Part shown: piece by piece, positions 1 through 11,600 of the stretch
How positions within the stretch are numbered: the first letter of the stretch is position 1
Layout: each line of letters opens with the position of its first letter
Assembly: GCA_951406725.2 (NCBI GenBank)
Contig: OX597816.1
Location: forward strand, 130,386,001-130,450,000
Source of the DNA: Octopus vulgaris
Taxonomy: Eukaryota
Length of the DNA stretch: 64,000 bases
Direction: 5' to 3'
Position numbers and translations under genes: made by a program
The notes under the pieces: model-generated
The model's input: the letters and a program-made list of their open reading frames with translations, nothing else
Databases searched by the model: none
Told to the model about the DNA's origin: nothing

Positions 1-662
1 ACAGTCATTCTTGCAATATATTACATCCAGGTAATGAATATGTCTCTCTCTCTCTCTCTCCACCCATCCATCCATCCATGTGATAGAGAGAGAGAGCATG
101 TATGTATACATGATAGGCTTCTTTGCAGTTTCCATCTGTCAGATTTCACTCGAAAGACGGTCAACTTGATGCTATTAGTAGAAACAAGTACATCATATCC
201 AAAACTATCTGGTTGCAAAATGAACTAAATGACACAGCCATGCTTGTGCCTGACAATGCTTAGAATATAAAGTTTTCCAGAAATTGTTGGTATATCAATC
301 TTAATATATACAGTTGGTGGAATTATTCAAATTGATGATGCTTAAGTGGACAGAGTAGTGACTTCTGTCATGAAATAGACAGTGTTTATGTTTGCATTTC
401 TTAAATTATTTATTTATTCTTTACGATTTTGACTTATAAATTTGGATATTTTTTGCCTATTATTGGAGCAGAAAATAAAAGAACTAATTTTCAGGGGCAA
501 AATACAATACTTGCAATAGGTTTAGTTTCATGTTATTCAGAGCTTTTGATTCTTACTGTCATTGTGCTTCACACTTTTGCAACAAAATATTATTTGATTC
601 TCCCTGGAAAATACATTGATAGAATGGAGCTACTTATGTTATAGGTGGACTACATATTATAT

Positions 663-1372
663 TCTTTTCTGTTCTAGGCACAAGGCCCGACATTTTTGGG
701 GAGGGGACCAGTTGATCAGATCGACCTCAGTAAACAACTGATACTTAATTTATCGACCCCAGTATACAACTGGTATTTAATTTATCAACACCGGAAAGGA
801 TGAAAGGCAAAGTCAACCTTGACGGAATTTGAACTCAGAATGTAAAGACAGACGAAATATGGCTAAGCATTTTGCCCAGCGTGCTAACGTTTCTGCCAGC
901 TCTCCGCCTTTACACTGCATATTATATTGGAAAGATTAAGACAGCAAGCTGGCAAAATTGTTACATGTTGGGTAAAATGCTTAGCAGCATTTCATCCATC
1001 TTTATGTTCTGAGTTAAAATTCTGCCAAGGTCGACTTTACCTTTCATCCTTTCAGGGTCAATAAAATAAGTACCAGTTAAGCACTGGGATCAACGTAATT
1101 AACTACTCCCACCTTCGAACATGCTGGCCTTGTGCCAAAATTTGAAATTATTATGTTCTTTCCTACTCTAGGCACAAGGCCTGAAATTTTTAGGGAGGGG
1201 ATCTGTCAATTAGATTGACCCAGTATGCAACTGGTACTTAATTTATCGACCTCCGAAAGGATGAAAGGCAAAGTCGACCTTGGTGGAATTTGAACTCAGA
1301 ACGCAAAGACAGTCGAAATACGGCTAAGCATTTTGCTCAGCATGCTAACGTTTCTGCCAACTCGCCGTCCTT
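663..1372. mobile_element. Three SINE family A copies in alternating orientation (663-910 -, 940-1146 +, 1156-1372 -)
   Basis: tRNA-like head gagctggcagaa..gagttcaaattc and conserved core gcctttcatcctttcggggtcgataaa.taagtaccag. Confidence 0.85.
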
Positions 1373-1397
1373 TGAAACTATTAAAAAAAAAATTTTT

Positions 1398-1840
1398 TAC
1401 CCCCCCCCCCCCATCCTCTTTCGGCTACGGAGAATACGAATCTGCAAAAAAATTGGCAAAAATCGGCATTCTGAAATTATCCCCCTCCCTACTTCTTCAT
1501 TTTAAACTTTTTCAGAATTTTTTTTTCAAAATATGTGGAAAAATACAGAGATTATTATGATTCTGAGAAAATTTCTGTAAAATTTATTTTCGAAATTTTT
1601 TTTCTTTTCAAAATATGCAGAAAAATACGGAGATTATGATTCTGAAAAAAAATTTCCAAGCATTTTTCTGGTTAGGGTTAGGATTTTAGGGTTACGGTTA
1701 GGGTTTTAAGGTGTTGGGGTTTAGGGTTACAGAAAAAAGTGAAAAATGAAGAAATTGGGGAGAAGGTGGGGCCAAGAAATTCCACAGTGCCGCTTTTTGA
1801 CAATTTTCCGGTATCTCCGTATCCGAAAACTGGGGTTTTT
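1398..1840. mobile_element. Non-autonomous DNA element with inverted repeats and TTAGGG-like tract (Helentron/HINE-like)
   Basis: Inverted repeats tttcggctacggagaatac (1419-1437) / gtatctccgtatccgaaaa (1811-1829); degenerate TTAGGG repeats at 1671-1730; internal direct repeat at ~1523 and ~1605. Confidence 0.5.
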
Positions 1841-2236
1841 CGCAACCTCCACCAAATATTTGCGAGGAAATGGTGGTGGTGGTGGTGGGGACGGGAGGTA
1901 GTCTTTCCGAATTAATGCTTGGGATCAATTCCCACTTTTAGTACTATGAATGCGTAAACGTTGGTGTAGATTCAAATTTTATAAATTTACAATTTCTTTT
2001 GCTGTTGTTTAGCTATAGGTCAACCTCTGTTGAATAGAGTAATAAACAAAGGCAGTCTTGGTATTTGTTTTATAATATGGTCTTCATTCTATGGTCTTCA
2101 TTGATAATTGAATTCATAACATTTTGATTTCCTGGTAAATGGCAACAGTTGCAAATAGTTATCTCCCTTATATTTTGTATTTACACAGTAACTTCCCTTC
2201 GAGAACAATTTCTTGAAACTGAATTGCAGGTTCTAA

Positions 2237-4290
2237 CCCTTCGTCTACCAGAGAAAATGTATGTCACCAATTACTAACTGGGTTCAATGGATCCAATAAT
2301 TTTCTTTTAATTAAATTTTATTCAAACTACCTTTGCTACATTATATATGCTATCAGGTGAATGAAAAATTACTGTTTCTCACAAATTTAATAAAAAAACA
2401 AGCTTACAGAAATATATAAATTTAAAAAATTACAAAAATACAGAATTACAGCTCTTTATGGCAGTGAATGCAGACAATACTGGAATGTTCTTGGCAAACA
2501 TGGATATTTCAACTCTTACATGTAGTATGAGTTTTCCTGTCTTTTGGGGGCGGGGCAGGGGCACACAATGAACATCTTCCTTTTTGTCTTTGGTTGAGGA
2601 CTCTCAAATGAGGTTGAAGATCGTCTTCTTTTCTTGTTTGGTTGAGAAATGTTAGCGCAACTAGAAGATTGTTTGTCATGTTCTTGCTTAGCATTAACTC
2701 CAGCAAGTTCCTTTCCTAACTGAATTAGGCACTGTCTTCTTTTATCCTTGAAACTTTGCAAATGAAGCTGTTTAGCAACAATGAAAGCATTCACTGCACT
2801 TATAAATCACGTTGTAGAATATAACCACAGGCCATCTTTGAGTCACTCTTTTGCAAGTGTATGCCCTTACCATCTTATCTAGGGTATCTACTCCTCCTTT
2901 TGTTTTGTTGTAACGTGTAATAATTTGAGGTTTCTTTTCATCACTTTTTGAATCAATTGAAGGCTGAGAGTGCATTGTGCTCATAAGTATGACAACATCA
3001 TTTTTCTTGGGACAATAAGATAGGATCATAGAATCCTTTTGAAATCCAAATATTGTGCTGTTGATTTTTCTTTTTTTTCCATTTGTGAAAACACTTGGAA
3101 TTTCAACTCTGTTCTTTCTAATTGTTCCAACTAAAGTAGTTTTCTTGCTAAGCAGCTTTTGAGCCAATCCTAGACTTGTAAAAAAAGTTATATTGTGACC
3201 AGTATTTTCAAGTTCTTTTACTAGATCTTCAGTAACTCTTGAACCTTGATTTGCCTTTCTCCCTTTTACTCAGTCTTTTCTAGTGTAGATTTGCATTTTC
3301 CAGTCATAACATGTTTCACTGTCACATATTGCCCATATTTTAATTTCATATTTCCCTGGTTTTGAAGGAATATATACCCGGAATGGCCAGCACCTCTGAA
3401 TGAAACTAATTGTTCATCAACTATCATGCATGAACTTGGAACATAGCCATCTTGCAAATTCTGATTCCACATTTTAAATACTTCTCTTATGGACTCCAAT
3501 TTATCATCACTTCTCTTTTTTCTTCTTGCACTAGCATCATCAAAATGCAATACTTATAAAATCTGTTGAAATCTTCCCTGGCTCATAAGTTTGTTGAATA
3601 TTGGGTGGACATCTTCTTGTCTCCATAACTGTGACCTTTTCATATTTAGATTTACAAACACATAAGAATAATCAGTACAATAAGCTTCTTTAGTTCAGAG
3701 TGATCAATTACATTTATTTTTGTAAACAACCTGATCTTCGACATTTGTCTATTTATGAATTACTTCAAGAAGATTCTGGCGCATAAAGATAGTAAAACAT
3801 GTTTCAATGCTATCGCAAAACCTTTTAGCAAAACAGGATGATCTACATTCTTGGCACACAATATTGCAAGATAAAGTTCTTACTGGTGCTTGGGTAAGAG
3901 GATTAGAATGCCAAACTTCTTGTCTGTTTCTAGAAACACATTGCTCATTCATAATTGGGTGGCTTGCAGATAATTGTTTTTGAGCATCTTCATCTGATGC
4001 CACAGAACCTAAACTGTCCAGCACACAATCACTTTCACCATCATCTTCAGAGCAATAGAAGGAATCACTACTATCTTCTTCCCATTCTTCATCTAATTCC
4101 TATAACCTTTTTGATATTTGGTCTTCACTCAAGTTTTCACATCTAGGCATATTGGAAAGCACAACTGAACTATATGAAACTTGATAGCAGACTAAAGGCA
4201 GATATTGCTCCCTCACATATTTATGCTCTCCTGAAAGATGATGCAATATATTGTAAGAATTGCGCCATTACATAGAAATATTGAATCAGG
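2237..4290 (-). mobile_element. Degenerate piggyBac (PGBD4-like) transposon; transposase pseudogene ~4150->2446
   Basis: Broken ORFs with IVDEQLVSFRG, LVGTIRKNR, YNKTKGGVDTLD, RWPVVIFY and a Cys-rich C-terminus (RCSLC...TCKS*NIHVCQEH); stops and frameshifts; end (C)TAA|CCCTT at 2233-2241; other end unclear. Confidence 0.9.
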
Positions 4291-4451
4291 TTCAAATGGT
4301 GGTGTTACAGCAGGCAATTCCCATCTACTGAATTTCACTCACAAGGCTTTGTTGATTGGTCAGAGACTATGATAGAAGACACTTTATCAAGGTACTATGC
4401 AGTATTGTACCCTAAACCGCGTTGCTGCAAAGAGAATTTAACCATATAGAT

Positions 4452-4757
4452 CAGTGGTTCTTAACTAGGGGCTATGTGACCCCTGAGGGTCCATATAAAA
4501 TTTTATTGTGTCCATGCATGCAAAATAGTAAATTGGGGACTCATCGAAGTATGTAAAAAAAATGTTTGCTTTTGGTGTATCTATTGCAAGAAACAGATTT
4601 CTTTCTCTAATGTCTTACATAGTTCAAACTAAACAAGTTCAAGTTTATAGAGGTATCTGTAAAACTAGTTTTTAAGCATTGAATGGCTATGGGGGTCCAC
4701 CAAAATAAAACAGGATTCAAAGAGGTCTATAGACAAAAAATTTGTTGAGAACCACTG
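4452..4757. mobile_element. hAT (Charlie-like) MITE
   Basis: TIRs CAGTGGTTCTTAAC / GTTGAGAACCACTG; imperfect 8-bp TSD atatagat / atgtagac. Confidence 0.8.
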
Positions 4758-5028
4758 ATGTAGACAAACTTGTATTCATTTGATGCCATGTGTGTGTGTC
4801 TGAGTGAGTGGTAGTCAAGATAGGTAAGTGGATTGGAGAACCTGATTGGTACAAATACAGTGGTTGTTTGGTGAAGGCTGAGGTTACAGGTGAGAAAGAG
4901 ATGAAGGGTGTGTTGTTTAAAGATGTGTGTTGAGAATGAAACTAATTGCTGTGAAGAGTTGAAAATTGCAAAAGAGATTTAGTTTCTGTACCAGTGCTAT
5001 TAGTATGCAATCAGTGCAACAGTCAAAT

Positions 5029-5246
5029 GTTCTTTCCTACTCTAGGCACAAGGCCTGAAATTTTGGGGGAGGAGGCTAGTTGATTAGATTGACTCCAGTA
5101 TGCAACTGGTATTTAATTTATCGACCCCCAAAAGGATGAAAGGTAAAGTCAACCTCAGCAGAATTTGAACTCAGAACATAAAGACAAACGAAATATGGTT
5201 AAGCATTTCGCTCGGTATGCTAACATTTCTGCCAGCTCACCACCTT
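5029..5246 (-). mobile_element. SINE family A
   Basis: Reverse complement of the family A consensus. Confidence 0.85.
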
Positions 5247-6183
5247 GAGAGTCAAGAAATATTGTAAATGCTGAAAGTTACTGAGGACAATAGCTTCAGA
5301 GAGGGGTAAAGTGAAATATATGTCCTTGATGTAAGAAAGTTTTTGGTGGCTGGAGGATTTTGAAGATTTGTAGGAATCACATATTTGGAGGAAAGGAGAA
5401 TTTAAGTTAGAGTAACTGGAAGTTGTTGTTGATAACAAGAAAGGAGAGGGTCATAGAAGCAGGTACCTTCCTTCAGGATGTGTGGTTTAGATGTTAAGTA
5501 GGGGGTGATATTTGGGGGTCTGTGTTGTATTTTAGTCTAGAGGCTTTAAAGGAGAGCACGAAGACTTGTCTAGTAGGTTTAGTGTTGATTTTCAGGTTAA
5601 GGATGTGTATAGAGTGTTAGCATGCTATAAAATTATGAAACACCGATTATCCCTTTCTTGTAACCTGGCCTAATGCTTGCAACTGAGTGAACTCACTAAA
5701 AAAAATTTTTTTTTAAATCCCAAATGTTAGGAGGTGGTAAGAAAATTAAATAAAAAAATTGCCAGCTATGGAAATAACTTCCCAGAAAAAAAGATTCATG
5801 AAGTTGCTTAAATACTTCTGATTTTAGCCATTAAGCATTTTTTGAATTATAATTTGAGTGTTGTGTGAAGTACTGATAGATGTAGCTGGAGGTTTTTAGA
5901 AATCCTTTTTCACTTTTTTATTCAACAGTTTACCAGAATTTTGATGGTATTTAATAGTATTTAAAAATGATAGTGTAATCAATTAAAAAGAATGAAAAAA
6001 TTAAATTTTAATCCCACGGAGAAAATGTAAAAAAATTATTTAAATTTTAGTTGGAATTGTGACATCTAATTCTGATTTTCCTATCAATTTTCACATGTAT
6101 GTAAAATTTTCCTTATCTACAGAAAATTAATGAATTTCAAAAGTTACCTCCCTTATACTAGTTTGTTTCCTATTTTATAGCCT

Positions 6184-6590
6184 GAGCTGGCAGGAACGGT
6201 AGCACGCCGGGCGAAATGCTTAGCGGTATTTCGTCTGCTGTTACGTTCTGAGTTCAAATTCTGCCGAGGTCGACTGTGCCTTTCATCCTTTCGGGGTCGA
6301 TTAAATAAATACCAGTTACGCACTGGGGTCGATGTAATCGACTTAATACCTATGTCTTACCTTGTTTGTCCCCTCTATGTTTAGCCCCTTGTAAGTAATA
6401 AAGAAATAGGTATTTCGTCTGCCGCTACGTACTGAGTTCAAATTCCGCTGAGGTCGACTTTGCCTTTCATCCTTTCGGGGTCGATTAAATAAGTACCAGT
6501 TGCGCACTGGGGTCGATGTAATCGACTTAATCCCTTTGTCTGTCCTTGTTTTTCCCCTCTATGTTTAGCCCCTTGTGGACAATAAAGAAA
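6184..6590 (+). mobile_element. Young SINE family A partial tandem dimer
   Basis: Two CpG-rich copies; the second starts at ggtatttcgtctg (~6409). Confidence 0.88.
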
Positions 6591-6640
6591 TATATTTTAT
6601 AGCCTGAACATTACGTTCTAGTACTTCTATGGCATATCTC

Positions 6641-6970
6641 TTATCTTTTACTTGTTTTAGTCATTGGACTGAGTCCATGCTTGGGCACTGCCATGAAAAA
6701 TGTAGTTGAAGAAATCCACCCCAATACTTATTTTTTTCCAAGCCTGGTACTTTATCGGACTCTTTTTGCTGAACCTCTAAATTATGGGGATGGACACACG
6801 CATGCGCACACACATGATTGGCTTCTTTCAGTTTCTGTCTTCCAAATCCACTCACAAGGCATTGGTCAGCCTGAAGCTACAGTAGATGATAACTTGCCCA
6901 GGGTGCCACACACTGGGATTGAACACAGAACCATGTAATTGGGAAGCAAATTTCTTATTACACAACCATG
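6641..6970 (-). mobile_element. SINE family B (tRNA head plus CORE-like ggcaccttgggcaagtgtc)
   Basis: Matches the family consensus seen at 29133 and 63470. Confidence 0.8.
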
Positions 6971-8522
6971 ATCAGATTTTTTTTTGTCTTTTTGGTTAAT
7001 ATACTCACGAAAATGTAAGTGGTAGACCTCCAACCACACTTCTAATTTTTTTTCAAAGAAGGGCTTTATGTAAAATGTGGAAACCCACCTCTCTTCATGG
7101 CATGAACAACTTTTTCTTAGTCATTTCATATGGTATGGAGGTAGTAGATTGATGTCTTCATTGTCTTTAGATTAGGTACATGTCTACAGACTTGAAGTAG
7201 AGAGGGCATATAATTGATAAGGTTGCAAATAGTAACAAAAAGTCTTTGATAAACCTTACTAGATGATTTCTAACTTTTGCACAAGGCTTCAAATATTTTT
7301 TTTTTTGCTGAGGAGTGTTATTGTCTATTTAATGGGTTCAAGTAATTGATAAGTACTTATTGTATGAATGACAAAATGAACTCTAGCAGGAATTGAACCC
7401 AGATTATAAAGAAGTGTATGTAAAAATGTATACAGTGTTTAATTTGGCACTCTACCATTTCTGTTATTTATTGTTGTAGTAGTAGTAGGAATGATGATGA
7501 TTCCTTACATTTGAAGTAGTAATATGCTGATAATAGTTCTGATTTAGAAGAAGGAAATGGTTGATTACACTGATTCAGTACTTGATATGTACTTTACCTT
7601 CTGGCATTGTGATACAAGTAAAATCAAACCTCTGCAAGATTTGAACTTGAAACATAAATGGTTGTAAATAAATGCTGCATGGCATTTTCTCCATTGCTTG
7701 ACCTAATTGTAAAATTATAAGTAATAATAGAAAATAAATTTTTAAGTGTCCCAAGATAATGAAGCCATACTCTTATATATTAAAACAATCTTGTTACAAA
7801 AAAAGTAAATCTTTTTTTTTTATCTATGTATCCTTCATGACCGAGGGATTTGATTCTGATACAGTCAAGTTGATAGATGCTTAATGAGTCTACAGTATAT
7901 TGACACAGTAATAAATTAGAGCCAATTATTTCAAGATTTAAAGAAAAAAAATTCCTGAAAATGTTATTTAATCCTTTAACATTCAGATTAAAATGTATTA
8001 TAATTCTTATTTATTGACATTGTTTTGAATTAATCAGACATTATCTTGTACCTTCGAAATTTTGGTGATGTGATAGTATATTTTTTGAATGACATTGTAA
8101 GGCAGGTCTGAGAGACCCAACCTGGTTGGTTTGAACATCATTTATTCTCTCTATATATTGCTTCACATTTTTTCTCTCTTTCCATCCTTATTCTTCCCTG
8201 AGTTAATTTTCTTTTCTATTTTTCTTTAACCTTGCTTTTTTTTTCTTTTTTTTCTCTCCTTTATTTTTCTTTCCTTTTCTTCCTACTCATACTATTGCTA
8301 TTTCTCTCCCTCTTTTTTTCATCCTTTTTGTTTTTCTTTTTTGCTTACCTTGTCTTTCCAATTTTATCTTCTTCATGCCCTTTTTTCTCTTCTTTACCTC
8401 CTCTCACACTCTTTCCTACTTCCTTCCTCTCTGTTCCTCTCTTCATTATCTCCTGTCACCAATCCTTCTCCCCTCCCTCATCACTCTTTCCATAATATAA
8501 ATACATTTATTCTCTTCTGTAG

Positions 8523-8687
8523 CTTGACCGTCTCTTCAGAGTTCCTTGAAACAGCAAGTACAATTCTAGAAACCTATTTGGCTGAATCAAGAGAAGTCAA
8601 AGGTTTAAATCAGACAGTTACTGAAGTCTTTAGATGTTTACGCAATTCATGCATCGGTTCAAAAGATAACCAAGACACCATTTGTAG
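8523..8687 (+). CDS. ATXN10: ATXN10 exon (LTVSSEFL...TEVFRCLRNSCIGSKDNQDTIC)
   Basis: ctgtag| acceptor after a long pyrimidine tract; AG|gtatgg donor; FRCLRN motif. Confidence 0.92.
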
Positions 8688-11600
8688 GTATGGATAAGTC
8701 TTACTTTTTTCCATTGATTTTATTTAATTTTCTTATAATAAATGGTAAAAATACAGCAACAGGAATTTGATCTATGTATAGATTAAACTAATAGCCGTTA
8801 TTCCAGCCTGTTTGTCTTTGTCAGCTTCCCTCTTATTTTGAAAAATTTTAAGACATTATTCTTGTTCTTGTAATCAGTAAGTTTTCTGTGTTATGCCAAG
8901 GGAAGTAATAATCTAAATGGTAAAAATTTAAAGAAGAGACGACAAAAAAACAGAAATAGCAGAATTGGGGAAAAAATAGAAAGAGAAAACACAAGAAAAA
9001 AGGAGAGAGAAAGATGAAGGTTTACATTATTCAGCATTTGTGTGTTCAAATTACACACACGATCAAAATATGTAACATAATGAAACATTGTAATGAAGAT
9101 CTATAAATTTCTGCATTAAAAGATATATCAATTGATAGTCAAAGTAAAATAACCTTAGTTAGGAAATAACTGTGGATGTTACACTTCTGTCTTTTCCATG
9201 TTCCAAACCAAAGGCCCTGGCGATGCTGGGACACCACCATTCATTTTTTTTTTTTGTGTGTTATTAAGTTTAAGTAATTATCGGAATTATGAGAGTAGAT
9301 AGATATATACATTGGCAGAAGAGAAAGTAGATATTCAAATATGCTGCCTTATAGTTGGATCTATGACCTTCTCTTAAACATTTGCTTGACTACCTCTGAT
9401 CCCTGGCTCTATGCAAGCACAATAATTTGATAGCTGTAGCAAAGTTTTGCACTCATTAAACCTACTTTACATTTCAAGGTAAATGAAATCAAAATCAGTT
9501 TTACTTCAATTTAAAAAAAAATCTCAGTATATATTTGATAATGCTTAATTTTTTTGCTGATAAAAGAAGTTTAATTGTTTATCCCTTATTTTGATTGTGT
9601 GCTGGCATTTTTTAGCATTTCAAGACCTGTGAAAAGAAGGTTCATTTTACTTCTATGGATAAATTTACCCATTTTATAAATGCTTTTCATGTGTTTTTCA
9701 GAAACTCTCGAATCCCACTTCTGGCTCGAGACTTTATTCGTATGATCTTAAAAGAAGGAAGTGAAGATGGTAAGAGACATATTTTAGAAATTTAAAAGAA
9801 AAAAAATTTTTTGGATTATGAATTTCATTTGAGATTTTAAAAATTATTTCCTAACAAATAAATTCATGTAATTTCCTATGTTTATCATTGAAAGCACTAA
9901 CTATAACAGAATATTGTTTAATAAAATGACATAGCCCAAAAGGTAGAGAATCTTACATATAAGGCTTTGGTCAACTTGAAAATGTGATAGAACTAATTTG
10001 GATGTATTTAGAATAAAATGTGCGTGTATTTTAGCATGTTAGTAAATTTCATTAATTTTTCTTTCCTTGTAGCTGAAGTCCAACTCTGTTGTGCTGTACA
10101 GTTCATTGGTAATGCTGTGGTGAATAACTATGACAATCAAATACTTGTTTGGAGCAGTTTCTCTCCTGACTTCCCGTAATTATGATATTTATATTTTTCT
10201 GATATATTTATCTTGTTTCAGTCATTGAACTGTGGCTATGCTGGAGTACCATCTTAAAAAGGTTTATTTGCACAAATTGGCACCAGTGCTTATTCTTAAG
10301 TCTGGTACTTATTCTATTAATCTCTTTTGGTGTAAACGAAGTGACACCAGTTATCAAGTGGTGGTGGTGGTGGGACAAACATGATGACCATCCCCCTACA
10401 CGCTCACACACACACACACACACTCATATATATATCTCACAGGTTTCCATGCCGTTTCTGTTTACGAAATTCACTCAAAGCATTGGTCAGCTTGGAATTA
10501 TAGTAGAAGACACTTGACCCAGGTGCTGTGCATTGGGACTCAACCTAAAACCATATGGCTGCAAAGAAGCTTCTTAACCATGTACATTTAAATTTTTCCA
10601 TTTCAAATAATTAAAAAATTTTCAGTTTATTCTCTTACTAGTTTTACAGGAGCTACTACCAACTGACTAACGTTTTTTGTCTTTCTTTTTTTTTTTAAAC
10701 ACAGTGTTGTGTGGATTCATAAAATGAATAAAAACAAGCCCATGTTTTTCTTTGTTGATTTGTCAGTGTAATCATTGTTTTGTCTCTGGCAGCTCTCACT
10801 TCAACATCATCATTTATACCTTCACAATCATTTTGTAAATAGTTTTCAAATCCTTATGGATGTGTGGTTAAGAAGCTCACTTTGCAGTCATGTAGTTTCA
10901 GGTTCAGTCCCACTGTAGGGCACCTCTGGTGGATGTCTTCTTCTATAACCCCTGGCTGACCAATGCTTTTAATTTCTTTACTGCCCACAAGGGGCTACAC
11001 ACAGAGGGGACAAACAAGGACAGACAAATGGAATAAGTTGATTATATCGACCCTAGTGTGTAACTGGTACTTATTTAATCGATCCCGAAAGGATGAAAGG
11101 CAAAGTTGACTTCGGTGAAATTTGAACTCAGAACGTAGTGGCAGACGAAATACTGCTAAGCATTTCACCCGGCATGCTAATATTTCTGCCAGCTTGCTGA
11201 CCAATGCTTTTGCAAGTGAATTTGGTAGAAAGAAACTGTGTGGGAGATCGTCGTGTGTGTGTGTGTTGATATGTGTGTCCCCTCACAGCTTTACAACTGG
11301 TGTTGGTTTGTTTATGTATCTGAAACCTAGTGGTTTGGCAAAAGAAACTAATAGAATAAGTTCCAGATTTTGAAAAACAAGTACTGGAGTTTTGTTCAAT
11401 TAAACGTTTTAATGCAGTGCCCCAGCATGGCCACAATCCAAATTATTTGTCCTTTGTTTATATAGTTTGACCAAATGTATAAATATCTGGAACATTTTTG
11501 CATAAGTGAGGACTTTATTTTGCATGGCACACTCAATCATACATGAAGACTGGTAAATATTTTTCAGCTTGGTAATCTGAAGAAAGATTAAAGAAAAGCC

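Noticed and set aside
2446-4150. Functional or domesticated piggyBac gene
   Set aside because: Multiple stops and frameshifts; the second catalytic Asp (DN motif) appears deleted.
7828-7837. GTATCCTTC U12-like donor upstream of the first visible exon
   Set aside because: No upstream open exon, and no U12 branch point before the 8523 acceptor, which has a U2-type tract.
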